Shown here piece by piece: positions 9,579 to 18,517 of a stretch of 64,000 bases of DNA. Numbering within the stretch: the first letter of the stretch is position 1; each line of letters starts with the position of its first letter. The position numbers were made by a program, and so were the translations under genes. Source of the DNA: a bacterium. Its GTDB lineage: Bacteria > Patescibacteriota > UBA1384 > 2-12-FULL-50-11. The stretch covers positions 108,638 through 172,637 of the forward strand of contig JAJTYJ010000002.1 of assembly GCA_021463485.1 (NCBI GenBank). The letters are read 5' to 3'. The notes beneath the pieces are model-generated. The model was not told where the DNA came from. It saw only the letters and a program-made list of their open reading frames with translations, and did no database searches.

Positions 9579-10688
9579 CTAAAAGATACCAGTACAAACG
9601 TACGTTAATGTATCTGTGTACGCGCCAGCGGCTGCCAAGCCAGAAACGGCTGCTTTATGAACAATTGTGACAACTCTACTGGCTACGGCACCAGTTGCGG
9701 AAGCTAAAGTTATTGGAGTTAATTCAAGGCCGCCAACATCATTACTTGTTTGATTATACCGAGCGGCAATAGCCACCGTTGCTCCTGAACCACCTGAGGT
9801 TGAGCCTTGAATCCCGAACCCATCTACGTCGTTTGTAAGTGTAGCAGTATCAGAGAATGTCGGACTCCCATCCGCTGAGCCAATCAAATACGTTGGTGAA
9901 CTACTCTTATATAATCCTGGATTACTGCCGTTACCAGCGTCACGCACAGATATGTTAAAGCCGTTCGCGGCATTAGTACTAACCGTTATAGTTGTATTTG
10001 TATCCGACGTTGCGACCGGTCCGGTCAGCGAAGCAAAAGTAGTTGTTAAACCGGTGAACGCGCAGGTAATTCTTGGATCAACCGTAGCGTTAACAGTTAC
10101 GTCGTTATCGGCAACAATCTCAACAGCGACGCTACCAGTGTCTGTATAGCCGCCACCTCCAGTTAGGGTAATAACACCGTCGGTACCGTTTTGAGCGGCC
10201 GTTTGGTTGGTAATTTGATCGTTGCCGGTTCCGCCAGTAGTGGCGTGTGTACCGATCTCAATTACTACTACGGATCCAGCTGCAATTGTTGCGTCACCAG
10301 TACAACGAGTAAAGGTGAAGCCGATCGGGTCGACGGTATCAACGGTTGTAATCGCGATTTCAAGTGTTGCACCGGTGCAACCGCCACTTGCTACAAGGTT
10401 TTGTTCCGCGCCGTCGTCGGTAATGTCAAAATCTTCTGGCTCCGTATTGGCAAAGCCTGAGTTACTAAACCCTGCCGGGAAATCTAACGTCAGTGTCTCG
10501 TCAGCCGCCCACCCGTCCGTGATAGTAAAAGTAAATGTATGATTAGCGACGACGCTTTCCTTAATGGTTGAGAGCGTGTCAGAAAATGACGTCACGTCAG
10601 CTGCCTGGGTTCTGGTAACAGGGAAACTGCTAACGAGCAGTATCGCGACAATAATTTTTCTTATGGAATTAAACGAAACCCCTCTCAT
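9579..10688 (-). CDS. Secreted surface protein, paralog B (C-terminus …LTYVCTGIF)
   Basis: Signal peptide MRGVSFNSIRKIIVAILLVSSFPVTRTQA. The N- and C-terminal domains align with paralogs A and C. The middle region is T/G/D-rich and variable. Confidence 0.55.
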   Translation of the reverse strand: MRGVSFNSIRKIIVAILLVSSFPVTRTQAADVTSFSDTLSTIKESVVANHTFTFTITDGWAADETLTLDFPAGFSNSGFANTEPEDFDITDDGAEQNLVASGGCTGATLEIAITTVDTVDPIGFTFTRCTGDATIAAGSVVVIEIGTHATTGGTGNDQITNQTAAQNGTDGVITLTGGGGYTDTGSVAVEIVADNDVTVNATVDPRITCAFTGLTTTFASLTGPVATSDTNTTITVSTNAANGFNISVRDAGNGSNPGLYKSSSPTYLIGSADGSPTFSDTATLTNDVDGFGIQGSTSGGSGATVAIAARYNQTSNDVGGLELTPITLASATGAVASRVVTIVHKAAVSGLAAAGAYTDTLTYVCTGIF

Positions 10689-10729
10689 CTACTTTCTAAC
10701 GTTATAACTAAATTACTCATATGTAAAGG

Positions 10730-11818
10730 CTAAAATATTCCGGTGCAAACGTATGTTACTGTATCGCTGTAGGCGCCTGACGGCGCGAGATTTGAAACAG
10801 CCATTTTATGTGTGACCGTAACGATGCCGTTATTGATCGGACCGGCAGTACTCGCTAACTGTTGGCTTGCTCCAGCGCCAACCTCTAACCCGCCGACGGT
10901 GTTGCCGGTTTGGTTGTAGCGCGTGGCGATAGAGAGAGTGGCGCTACCAGCGTCTCCTTGGGTAGCGGCGCCTTGAATGCCGAAGCCGTCAACGTTATTT
11001 GAGAGCGTAGCGGTGTCGGCAAACGACGAGTTGGCGGAGCCGATCAAATACGTCGGTGCGCTACCTTTATATAGTCCCGGACTAGTCCCGTTGCCGTTGT
11101 CGTAGACGCTAATACTCAGCCCATTTGGCGCGTTCGTACCAGCAGTAACGGTTGTATTAGTTGCAGCCGTAATTATTACGCCGGTAGCGTCGGGGAAAGT
11201 AACTGTTAGCCCGTTGAAGGCGCAGCTGATTCTTGGCAACACGGCAACGCTTACGGTTGCGTCGTTGTCAGCGACGATCTCAAGTGCTAACGTTCCCGAT
11301 CCGCCGAAGGTTCCGCCTAGCGTTACCGTTGGGTCGGTGTCGTTCTGAGCTGCGGTTTGGTTAATGATTTGGTCGTTTCCAGTAGCACTAAAGGTTGCGT
11401 GAGTACCGATTTCGATAACAATAGTTGAGGAGCTAGCGATGCTGGTACTGCCAGTACAGAGGGTAAATGTGAAAGCGCTGTTATTAATGGAGGTGATATC
11501 AATTTCGTTTGCGGAGCACAGCCCGTTTGCGGTTATAGCCTTATCGACGCCGTCGTCGGTAATGTCAAAATCTTCTGGCTCCGTATTGGCAAATCCGGTG
11601 GTATCGAAGCTATTCGGAAAGTCTATAACCAACGTCTCGCCCGCGTCCCAAGAGTCGTTAATCGTAAACGTTAACGTATGATTGGCAGCGGTACTTTCTT
11701 TGATTGTTGATAGCGTATCTGAGAAATTACTAACTGTCGCTGCAAGCGCAAATTGGTTCGTTGGAAATAGGGTAGTAACAACGAGCGAAGCAATACTGAA
11801 CGCTCGCAACCAACGCAT
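10730..11818 (-). CDS. Secreted surface protein, paralog C (C-terminus …VTYVCTGIF)
   Basis: Signal peptide. Its N-terminal block (VSNFSDTLSTIKESTAANHTLTFTINDSWDAGETL…FANTEPEDFDITDDG) is nearly identical to that of paralog B. The start overlaps the stop of the giant gene (TAATG). Confidence 0.55.
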   Translation of the reverse strand: MRWLRAFSIASLVVTTLFPTNQFALAATVSNFSDTLSTIKESTAANHTLTFTINDSWDAGETLVIDFPNSFDTTGFANTEPEDFDITDDGVDKAITANGLCSANEIDITSINNSAFTFTLCTGSTSIASSSTIVIEIGTHATFSATGNDQIINQTAAQNDTDPTVTLGGTFGGSGTLALEIVADNDATVSVAVLPRISCAFNGLTVTFPDATGVIITAATNTTVTAGTNAPNGLSISVYDNGNGTSPGLYKGSAPTYLIGSANSSFADTATLSNNVDGFGIQGAATQGDAGSATLSIATRYNQTGNTVGGLEVGAGASQQLASTAGPINNGIVTVTHKMAVSNLAPSGAYSDTVTYVCTGIF

Positions 11819-14800
11819 TAGAACGTTCCGGTAACGATATATAAGACTTCGGTCTGGTAATTTTTTGCAGCTTGCAAGGCATCAACAGCAACTTTGTGAG
11901 TGATGGTGAACACTTCGTTAGTAACTGGACCGGTCGCGCCAGTGACGGCGTCGGTGTGATCGGCGACGATATCGCCAAATGCTGCAGTAGCAAATGATGC
12001 ATACAGCGTGCCGCTACTGAATTTATTCGAGCCCTGAATTGTCGTGTCGTTACTTGTATAGCCGTAGCCGCAGTTCGAACCGCCCGTGCAGAATCCGCCC
12101 GGCCATGATCCAGGTGAAGCGTACGTACCACCCTGGAACATAGGGATAGTAAATGAACCGTTTGTTAGCAAGCCGGTGGCGTATTGCCTGATGACGTAAC
12201 CGCCGTAGGCGTTGGTACTGGTAGTTAGGTTGAGGGTTTTGCTATCAGTTCGATTATTTCCGTCGTTGAGGTTCGAGAACGTAACAGTGGTCGAACCAAG
12301 CGTTAAGCTGATAGTTGGCAAGACGTCCTGACCGTTGGAACTGTGAACGCTTGAGGTATTACTAGCGTTGTCGATTGCTCGAACGTTCACGTAGTAGCGC
12401 TGGTTTGTGTGTAGACTTAACCCCGCTTGTGTTGTGTCCTCGTTGGTTCCGTTATTTGTCCAAGTAAGTATATCGGTTCCGCCGGCTGTTGTACCGATCG
12501 ATACATCGTAACGCAGCAGTCCTGAGGCACCACAACTGAACGCATCCCAGTTGGCTGTTAATTCCTCGAGCGACCCGTCGTTAAACGCAGCGTCGACGTC
12601 TTCAACTAAGCCGTCGTATATTGTCCCAGCGTACGTGCAGGCAGTTGTATCTACGCCAAAGTCTCGAGCCGACTCAGCGTTACCGCCGTAGCTTACCCAA
12701 GATCCGTATACTCCGCCCTGATCTTTAACTCGTGCTTGCCAGTGGTACTCGCTCACGTCTGTTATTCCGCTAATCGTGACCGTAACGGTAACTGGTGTAC
12801 CGGAGTACGCAACGCCAGTTCCGCAAAGATCCTCGGTGTTACTGAAACCAGTGCCAAGTAAGTCTTTTTCAACGCATAGGTATAAAGTGTCGGAAGAATC
12901 AGTGTCTGAGGCTGTTGCTGTAAATTTAACACTCGTTTCATTGGTCCAACCTCCGGTTGCGATCACGGTATCGTTGGTTTTTTTCTGGGCTAAGTCGCTT
13001 GGCGCGTCCGGATTACTAAAGTTCCAATTTACGTTATTGCCACAATCAAAATTTGTTCCGTCGTTTGCCATGATCGTATTGCCGCTCGAGGCGTTCGATC
13101 GAGAGACGTTAACGTAACTAACCGCAGTTTGAGTGCCCGATACGTTCAAATTCCACGATCCGCTGACGGCGCTGTTGCGGAAGTATAGTCTGGTACCGAC
13201 GGCTTGACCGTTCCAGTTGATATTCGTCAGTGTGTACGTAGAACCGGAATTAAACTCTATGCGAGAGCTGGCAGTAGTGAAAACGGTGTTATTGGTTACT
13301 GTCGCTGAAGCAGCGAAGTCAATACCGGCGACAAATCCGGTTCTTTCGCAATCGGATGCGTTAGTGCCTGAGCTGTTAGTGATTGTAAGATTGTAAAATG
13401 AGCTGGACCCAGTCATTAACCCACTTAATGTTTGAGTACTCGTTCCGTTTAATACAACAGTTCCAGTATTAGCATTCAATACAGCATTATTGGTGTTAAC
13501 CCAGTTTCCGCCGACGTTTAGTGTTCCGGATCCGAGTGTCAGTATTGCTGTTGTTGTCCCAAAAGTTACATTACCAGTAACAGTTACCGTATAGCCGTTG
13601 ATATCTATCTCAGACGCGCGACTGCAACAACCAATTAGGAAGCTTGTGAATGAAGCGTTGCCCTGGAAAATTGTTTTAAAACCAGTGTTTTGCTCCGTTT
13701 GAAGACCAGAATTATATGTGAATGCGGGAATATTTTTATTGTTTGATCCGTATGGCGCATATGCGCCGTTACCAGTTCCCCAAGTTCCGGAAGGATTAAG
13801 GTTTAAGAAATTCGCGTTTGTACCAGAATTGTAGAGTAGTCTTGAGTTTAGATCGAATGTTCCCGTTCCTAGGTTGATTTGGTTTTCAACACCAAATGTT
13901 TGCATCATCCGTGTGGTGTTGCCCGATTGCCCAACTGTTAGGTTGTAAAATCGGTGCTGCCAGACGTTTGTTGATCCGGTAGTTATCGTTTTTGTCCCGG
14001 TACCGTTCATAACTACTGTCGACGTCCCTCGAACGAACGATGCGTCGTCAGCGCCAATAGCTGATGTATCCCAGTTACCAGAGACAGTAATGGTGGCGGC
14101 CCGTGCTTGGAACGTCCAGGTACCTGAAGTTCCTGTGAAGTTGTTATCGACCGTTAGGGAATAGTTTGATCCGTTAACAGTGTCATACACACCATTAGTG
14201 ATCGTAAAGTTGTTATTAACGTCTACGGCGGCAGTTGGGGTTAGAGTTCCGCCAGCGGCATTAAGAACCATATTATAAAGAGATTGTCCGTTGGGGGCAT
14301 AGCTAACGGTACCGGAAGTGTTTGTCCAAGTTAAGGTGGAGGTTCCTTCGGTTACCGTAAAAGTACCCGTGCCGTTAACGAATCTAACATTACCCTTAAT
14401 ATTGATATCCGCGCTTGACAAATTTAAAGAATGACTTCCACCGTTTGAAACTGGGAATAAAGCATTACTTGTTCCATTCTCAAGTGTAACGGTACTCGAA
14501 CCGAAGTTACTGGCGATAGCAGTCGTGTTAGAACTGTGACCGGTTGAAAATGATTTGGCTGTCAAGTTAAAGTTTTGTGTGTTGAAATTCGATCCAGCAC
14601 CGCCACTAGCCGCCCAAACAAGAACCGTCCCAGTTGTTGTTACGTTTCCCGAAAGGTTGAATGTAACCGTACTGGCCGTATCGGCACGTAGTAGGATATT
14701 CCAGGTGCCGTAGTTACCGCTGGCGATGGAGATGGTGCTGGCACTTTGCTTGCGCAAATGAAAGGTAGCATTTGAACCCGACAGAGTTGCTGAACCATCG

Positions 14801-17800
14801 ATAGATAGGTCGCTACCACTGGTTCTAAATAGCTCAAATTCGCAAGTTACAGAACAAGTCATAATCCCAGCATTAACGGTTAAGGTATTATAAACATCAG
14901 TTCGCGCAATTGTCATAGTTGTTGTTTGACTGGTCGAGGCAACACCAAGATTATGAAATTGAGTAAAGCCTCCTCCCGTTGATTTGATTTCACCTGTACC
15001 GGTAAGGTTAACTGTAGAGGCTCCCCGAGAAAAACTACTGGAATTACCCTTGTCCCAGTGTCGACCAACACTTATTGTTGAGCCATTTGCGGTAAAGGTT
15101 ACTGATGCGCTATTGGCTAAGGTAAAATCTCGCCCGACCGTGAGAGAATAGTTGGTTCCACTGGTGGAAAAGGTTCCCAAGCTGACAGTAAAATCGTTCT
15201 CTGTTTCAGTATTTGCTCCCAAAGTCCAGCCACCACCCGAACCGTTAAAAACTAAATGATTAAATTTGCCGGTTGAGCCGGATAGGGTGCCGCTGAGAGT
15301 CCTTCCGGTTGTGGTTGAGTTAAAGGTAGCTGTACTGGTGCCAGCGGTGAAAGTGCCGTCGTTCTGCCAGGAGCCGCTGACGTTGATAGCATTAGAATCG
15401 GCTATCCAAGTACCATCATTCTCGACGTGAACTGTAGTTACATCGGCTCCGCCGCCGGAGGCCGGGCGGAAAGTATTGCCGGTTACTATGTATAGCTCCT
15501 CGTCGGTATATGAGCCGAGCGAATCGACCGTTAAGTCGTCGCCGGCGGAGACATCGAAGAATATATCTTCATCGCTGGAAACGGAGTTGTCGTAAGAGCC
15601 AAGGTCAGTATTGCTCAACGTCTGGTTGTCGGCCGAACCAATCGTTAAATGGCGATGAAACAGAACCACGCCGGTAATATCACCGCTTCCGTCATATTTT
15701 GTGACGGCGACGGCCTCCTCGCTGTCGGTCGTTTCGCCGTTAATGAAAACTGTAATGATATCACCGCTATTGGGTTTATTAACACTAGAAATTTGCCAGG
15801 AACCATCGACGGTGGTGTCAACCTGCGCTTGGAGAGAGCCATTAACTGCAACAGCAATTTCATTAGCGCCGTCGTCGGTGCAGTCAGTAGTTTGATCGTA
15901 TTGGTCACAAGTACCGGAAATATTAATTGGAGGCGATACTGTGTAATCAATTAATAACCAAAGGGCTGTAACCCTAACGGTTCCACTTGAGCTAAGTACA
16001 TCTCGAACGCCAATTTGAGCAGAGTCTAATTGAGTATCAGTCCAAGCCGATGCCATTTCTGGCCTGGTGTAAGCGGTCAATGGATAAAGTTTTGGATCGG
16101 CGGTTCCATTAGTTGTCCAAGTAGTTGAGTCCGGTGAAAGGATAGTTGATTCAATAGCAATGCCCGACGACGATTCTTTCAGCCGGACTTTAAAGTCCTC
16201 CTGTGTGGCAGAACTTGTGCTAAATCTGACACCGACTGAAACTAAATTAACAGTATCGCTTGCCCCAATACTAGAATCAGTAATGTTGTATTCGTCGATA
16301 TCGTCGCTAGTTGTTTCCGATACGTAATTAGTGGCGTCATTGGGGGTTACCTCGTCAACACAAGCATAATTTCCGCCCGTACAGGTGCCGTTAGTTGTCC
16401 AGTTGGCAGCGGAACCGGCTGTGTTTGGCCGGAGATGAATAATTTTCCCGTCGCCTGGCCAAGTATTCTGATTTGTACCGATTCCCTTATTGACCGCAAT
16501 ATCATCCCAGATAAACCCTCCTTGATTGTTACTAACTTCTGAATTGTCACTTGCGTTGATCCCAATTCCCAAACGCGCAACCCCAGTTCCAATACTACGA
16601 GTTGTGGAGCTAGCAAAGGAAGTACCATCAATCCTTCCATCAACAATATGTGAACCCGACGAGCCAGTTGTATCTATCCGTAGTTCAATTCGGTACCAAG
16701 TGCCGGTTGATAGGGCCGATGAAGCCGAGCCAACCTGGCTATCTTCATCAAATAATTTCAGGGTATTGGACGAAGTGATTTTTATTGCTGCCCTTTGCAG
16801 GTTACTCGTATCCAAAAATGACATGATGGTGGCATCAAAAATATCCACAGCTGTAGATATCCGAAAGTAGGCACGACCATAGTAGTCCCCGTTCGTGTTG
16901 CTGGATTCAAAATAGTAGCGAACGTATTCCTGCCCGCCACCATTTTCAGTCTCAAGTGAGTATGCACCGGATCGAACTGTACTACTATTTATGGAGGGCG
17001 AGTTGGTAACGGCCGTTACTTCCACACCGGCAGTGGCCGAGTTGAGCTCTAACCCACTGGAGATTAATCTGCCACCGGTGAGAGAAACGTACTCTACTTG
17101 GAGCCAGATGGCCGTCATTTTAAAGCCGGTCCCGTTGGGATCATCGTTGCGAATACCAATTTGAGCAGAATCTAAATTGGTAGTAGTCCACTGGGTAGTG
17201 CTACTGCCCGGCAAGTCATAAATAGTAAGGGCGTTAAGACGAGCCGTATCGTCGTTGTTAGTCACATACCCGCCAATTAGATCATCAATTCCGGTGGAGG
17301 CACTCTCTTCAGTGGTACCGCTAGCGCTAGCTTTGATGCGAGTCTTGTAATTAACATCTCCATTGCCAATCGAGCAAGCCGGCTCTGGGATTACTGCTCC
17401 GCAGATTCCGAAACGAGCGCCGACAGAAACTAGTTTAATGTAATCCCCGGCAGAAATACCGGCGTTTGAGGACGACTCCAGGTTAACATCGTCAAGCTGG
17501 TTTTGGGTGGTACTGCGGATAAAGTCGGTGCTGTCGTTGGGGGTGACTTCATCGACGTCGTCGTAATCATTAGTATCACTGGGATAACCGCCCCAGGCGG
17601 TATTGTCTCCGTCGGCATCGGGTTGCATATGAACAATATTGCCTTCGCCCGGCCAGTTATCAGTTGAGCGGCCTGACGAATTGTTGACAGCAAGATCATC
17701 GAAAAATAAATCGGCCGTGGTCGAGTTTGCCACTCCCCATGTCCACCTATCCACGCCTGCTGCTAGATTCTCCGAAGACGATGTAGAGATTTGGGTACCG

Positions 17801-18423
17801 TCAAGCAACATCGTTGCAGTTGTCGTTGAAAGCGTAGTTGTATTAATATAGACCTCTAAGCGGTACCAGGTGTTTGTTGAAAGTGCTGAACTGGCGGAAC
17901 CAATGTTAGCATTATCCTCTTCATTTCTAAGCTGGAGAGTTGAGGAACTGCTCATGCGGACGCTGATTTTTCCGCTCGATCCATTACCAATTTGCATAAT
18001 ATAGGTGTCTGCACCAGGCGCGGTCGCAATTCTAATATATTGTCTAAACCAAAATTTGTTGCTTTGGGCGCTGTTAGCCCAAGTCTTGTAGATTGTTCCA
18101 GTTGAAGATGTGGGGTTTGCCCTAAATGCATAATCTCCGCTTCGCTTTGTTGAGCTAGAAACGGACACAGTTCCCGCTGATCCGGTAATCTCTACGTTGG
18201 CAGTAAGTGTGTTTAGTTCGGCGCCGCTCGACCAAAGCCGGGTAGCGCTAGCTGAACCAGCCTCACCGAGGATTGTTCGGGGAAAAACTCCATTAACAAT
18301 TAAACTGATGAGGAGCAAGAAAGTAATAGCTGCTGCACCCAAACGAGGCGCTTTTCTGACGATTTGGAGCCTGCGTAAATCCCGAAACAGGCCATCGAAG
18401 CGCTTTTTAGTTTTCCCCTCCAT
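11818..18423 (-). CDS. Giant (2201 aa) cell-surface protein: N-terminal signal anchor, two LamG/ConA-like jellyroll modules, long T/S/G/N-rich beta-repeat region, C-terminal domain shared with the three paralogs (…VLYIVTGTF)
   Basis: 6.6-kb uninterrupted ORF. There are internal duplicated modules (TWYRLEVYINTTT…FFDDLAVNN…NWPGEGNIVHMQP and TWYRIELRIDTTG…IWDDIAVNKG…TWPGDGKIIHLRP). The C-terminal ~170 aa match the paralog C-terminal domain (…ITHKVAVDALQAAKNYQTEVLYIVTGTF). Confidence 0.6.
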   Translation of the reverse strand: MEGKTKKRFDGLFRDLRRLQIVRKAPRLGAAAITFLLLISLIVNGVFPRTILGEAGSASATRLWSSGAELNTLTANVEITGSAGTVSVSSSTKRSGDYAFRANPTSSTGTIYKTWANSAQSNKFWFRQYIRIATAPGADTYIMQIGNGSSGKISVRMSSSSTLQLRNEEDNANIGSASSALSTNTWYRLEVYINTTTLSTTTATMLLDGTQISTSSSENLAAGVDRWTWGVANSTTADLFFDDLAVNNSSGRSTDNWPGEGNIVHMQPDADGDNTAWGGYPSDTNDYDDVDEVTPNDSTDFIRSTTQNQLDDVNLESSSNAGISAGDYIKLVSVGARFGICGAVIPEPACSIGNGDVNYKTRIKASASGTTEESASTGIDDLIGGYVTNNDDTARLNALTIYDLPGSSTTQWTTTNLDSAQIGIRNDDPNGTGFKMTAIWLQVEYVSLTGGRLISSGLELNSATAGVEVTAVTNSPSINSSTVRSGAYSLETENGGGQEYVRYYFESSNTNGDYYGRAYFRISTAVDIFDATIMSFLDTSNLQRAAIKITSSNTLKLFDEDSQVGSASSALSTGTWYRIELRIDTTGSSGSHIVDGRIDGTSFASSTTRSIGTGVARLGIGINASDNSEVSNNQGGFIWDDIAVNKGIGTNQNTWPGDGKIIHLRPNTAGSAANWTTNGTCTGGNYACVDEVTPNDATNYVSETTSDDIDEYNITDSSIGASDTVNLVSVGVRFSTSSATQEDFKVRLKESSSGIAIESTILSPDSTTWTTNGTADPKLYPLTAYTRPEMASAWTDTQLDSAQIGVRDVLSSSGTVRVTALWLLIDYTVSPPINISGTCDQYDQTTDCTDDGANEIAVAVNGSLQAQVDTTVDGSWQISSVNKPNSGDIITVFINGETTDSEEAVAVTKYDGSGDITGVVLFHRHLTIGSADNQTLSNTDLGSYDNSVSSDEDIFFDVSAGDDLTVDSLGSYTDEELYIVTGNTFRPASGGGADVTTVHVENDGTWIADSNAINVSGSWQNDGTFTAGTSTATFNSTTTGRTLSGTLSGSTGKFNHLVFNGSGGGWTLGANTETENDFTVSLGTFSTSGTNYSLTVGRDFTLANSASVTFTANGSTISVGRHWDKGNSSSFSRGASTVNLTGTGEIKSTGGGFTQFHNLGVASTSQTTTMTIARTDVYNTLTVNAGIMTCSVTCEFELFRTSGSDLSIDGSATLSGSNATFHLRKQSASTISIASGNYGTWNILLRADTASTVTFNLSGNVTTTGTVLVWAASGGAGSNFNTQNFNLTAKSFSTGHSSNTTAIASNFGSSTVTLENGTSNALFPVSNGGSHSLNLSSADINIKGNVRFVNGTGTFTVTEGTSTLTWTNTSGTVSYAPNGQSLYNMVLNAAGGTLTPTAAVDVNNNFTITNGVYDTVNGSNYSLTVDNNFTGTSGTWTFQARAATITVSGNWDTSAIGADDASFVRGTSTVVMNGTGTKTITTGSTNVWQHRFYNLTVGQSGNTTRMMQTFGVENQINLGTGTFDLNSRLLYNSGTNANFLNLNPSGTWGTGNGAYAPYGSNNKNIPAFTYNSGLQTEQNTGFKTIFQGNASFTSFLIGCCSRASEIDINGYTVTVTGNVTFGTTTAILTLGSGTLNVGGNWVNTNNAVLNANTGTVVLNGTSTQTLSGLMTGSSSFYNLTITNSSGTNASDCERTGFVAGIDFAASATVTNNTVFTTASSRIEFNSGSTYTLTNINWNGQAVGTRLYFRNSAVSGSWNLNVSGTQTAVSYVNVSRSNASSGNTIMANDGTNFDCGNNVNWNFSNPDAPSDLAQKKTNDTVIATGGWTNETSVKFTATASDTDSSDTLYLCVEKDLLGTGFSNTEDLCGTGVAYSGTPVTVTVTISGITDVSEYHWQARVKDQGGVYGSWVSYGGNAESARDFGVDTTACTYAGTIYDGLVEDVDAAFNDGSLEELTANWDAFSCGASGLLRYDVSIGTTAGGTDILTWTNNGTNEDTTQAGLSLHTNQRYYVNVRAIDNASNTSSVHSSNGQDVLPTISLTLGSTTVTFSNLNDGNNRTDSKTLNLTTSTNAYGGYVIRQYATGLLTNGSFTIPMFQGGTYASPGSWPGGFCTGGSNCGYGYTSNDTTIQGSNKFSSGTLYASFATAAFGDIVADHTDAVTGATGPVTNEVFTITHKVAVDALQAAKNYQTEVLYIVTGTF

Positions 18424-18517
18424 TAACCCTACTATCCATAATTTAAACTATATTTGCAAGAGTAAGTACGGACGGGGAGGGTTGGAATTATCAGGTTGAA
18501 ACGCTATACTTACGTCA

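Noticed and set aside
12776-17851. Multiple 60-115-aa ORFs on both strands inside the 6.6-kb giant gene (e.g. 12776-13117, 15649-15954, 16526-16870, 17639-17851)
   Set aside because: They are antisense or out-of-frame overlaps of a long, clearly coding ORF, the usual noise in a T/S/G-rich repeat gene.
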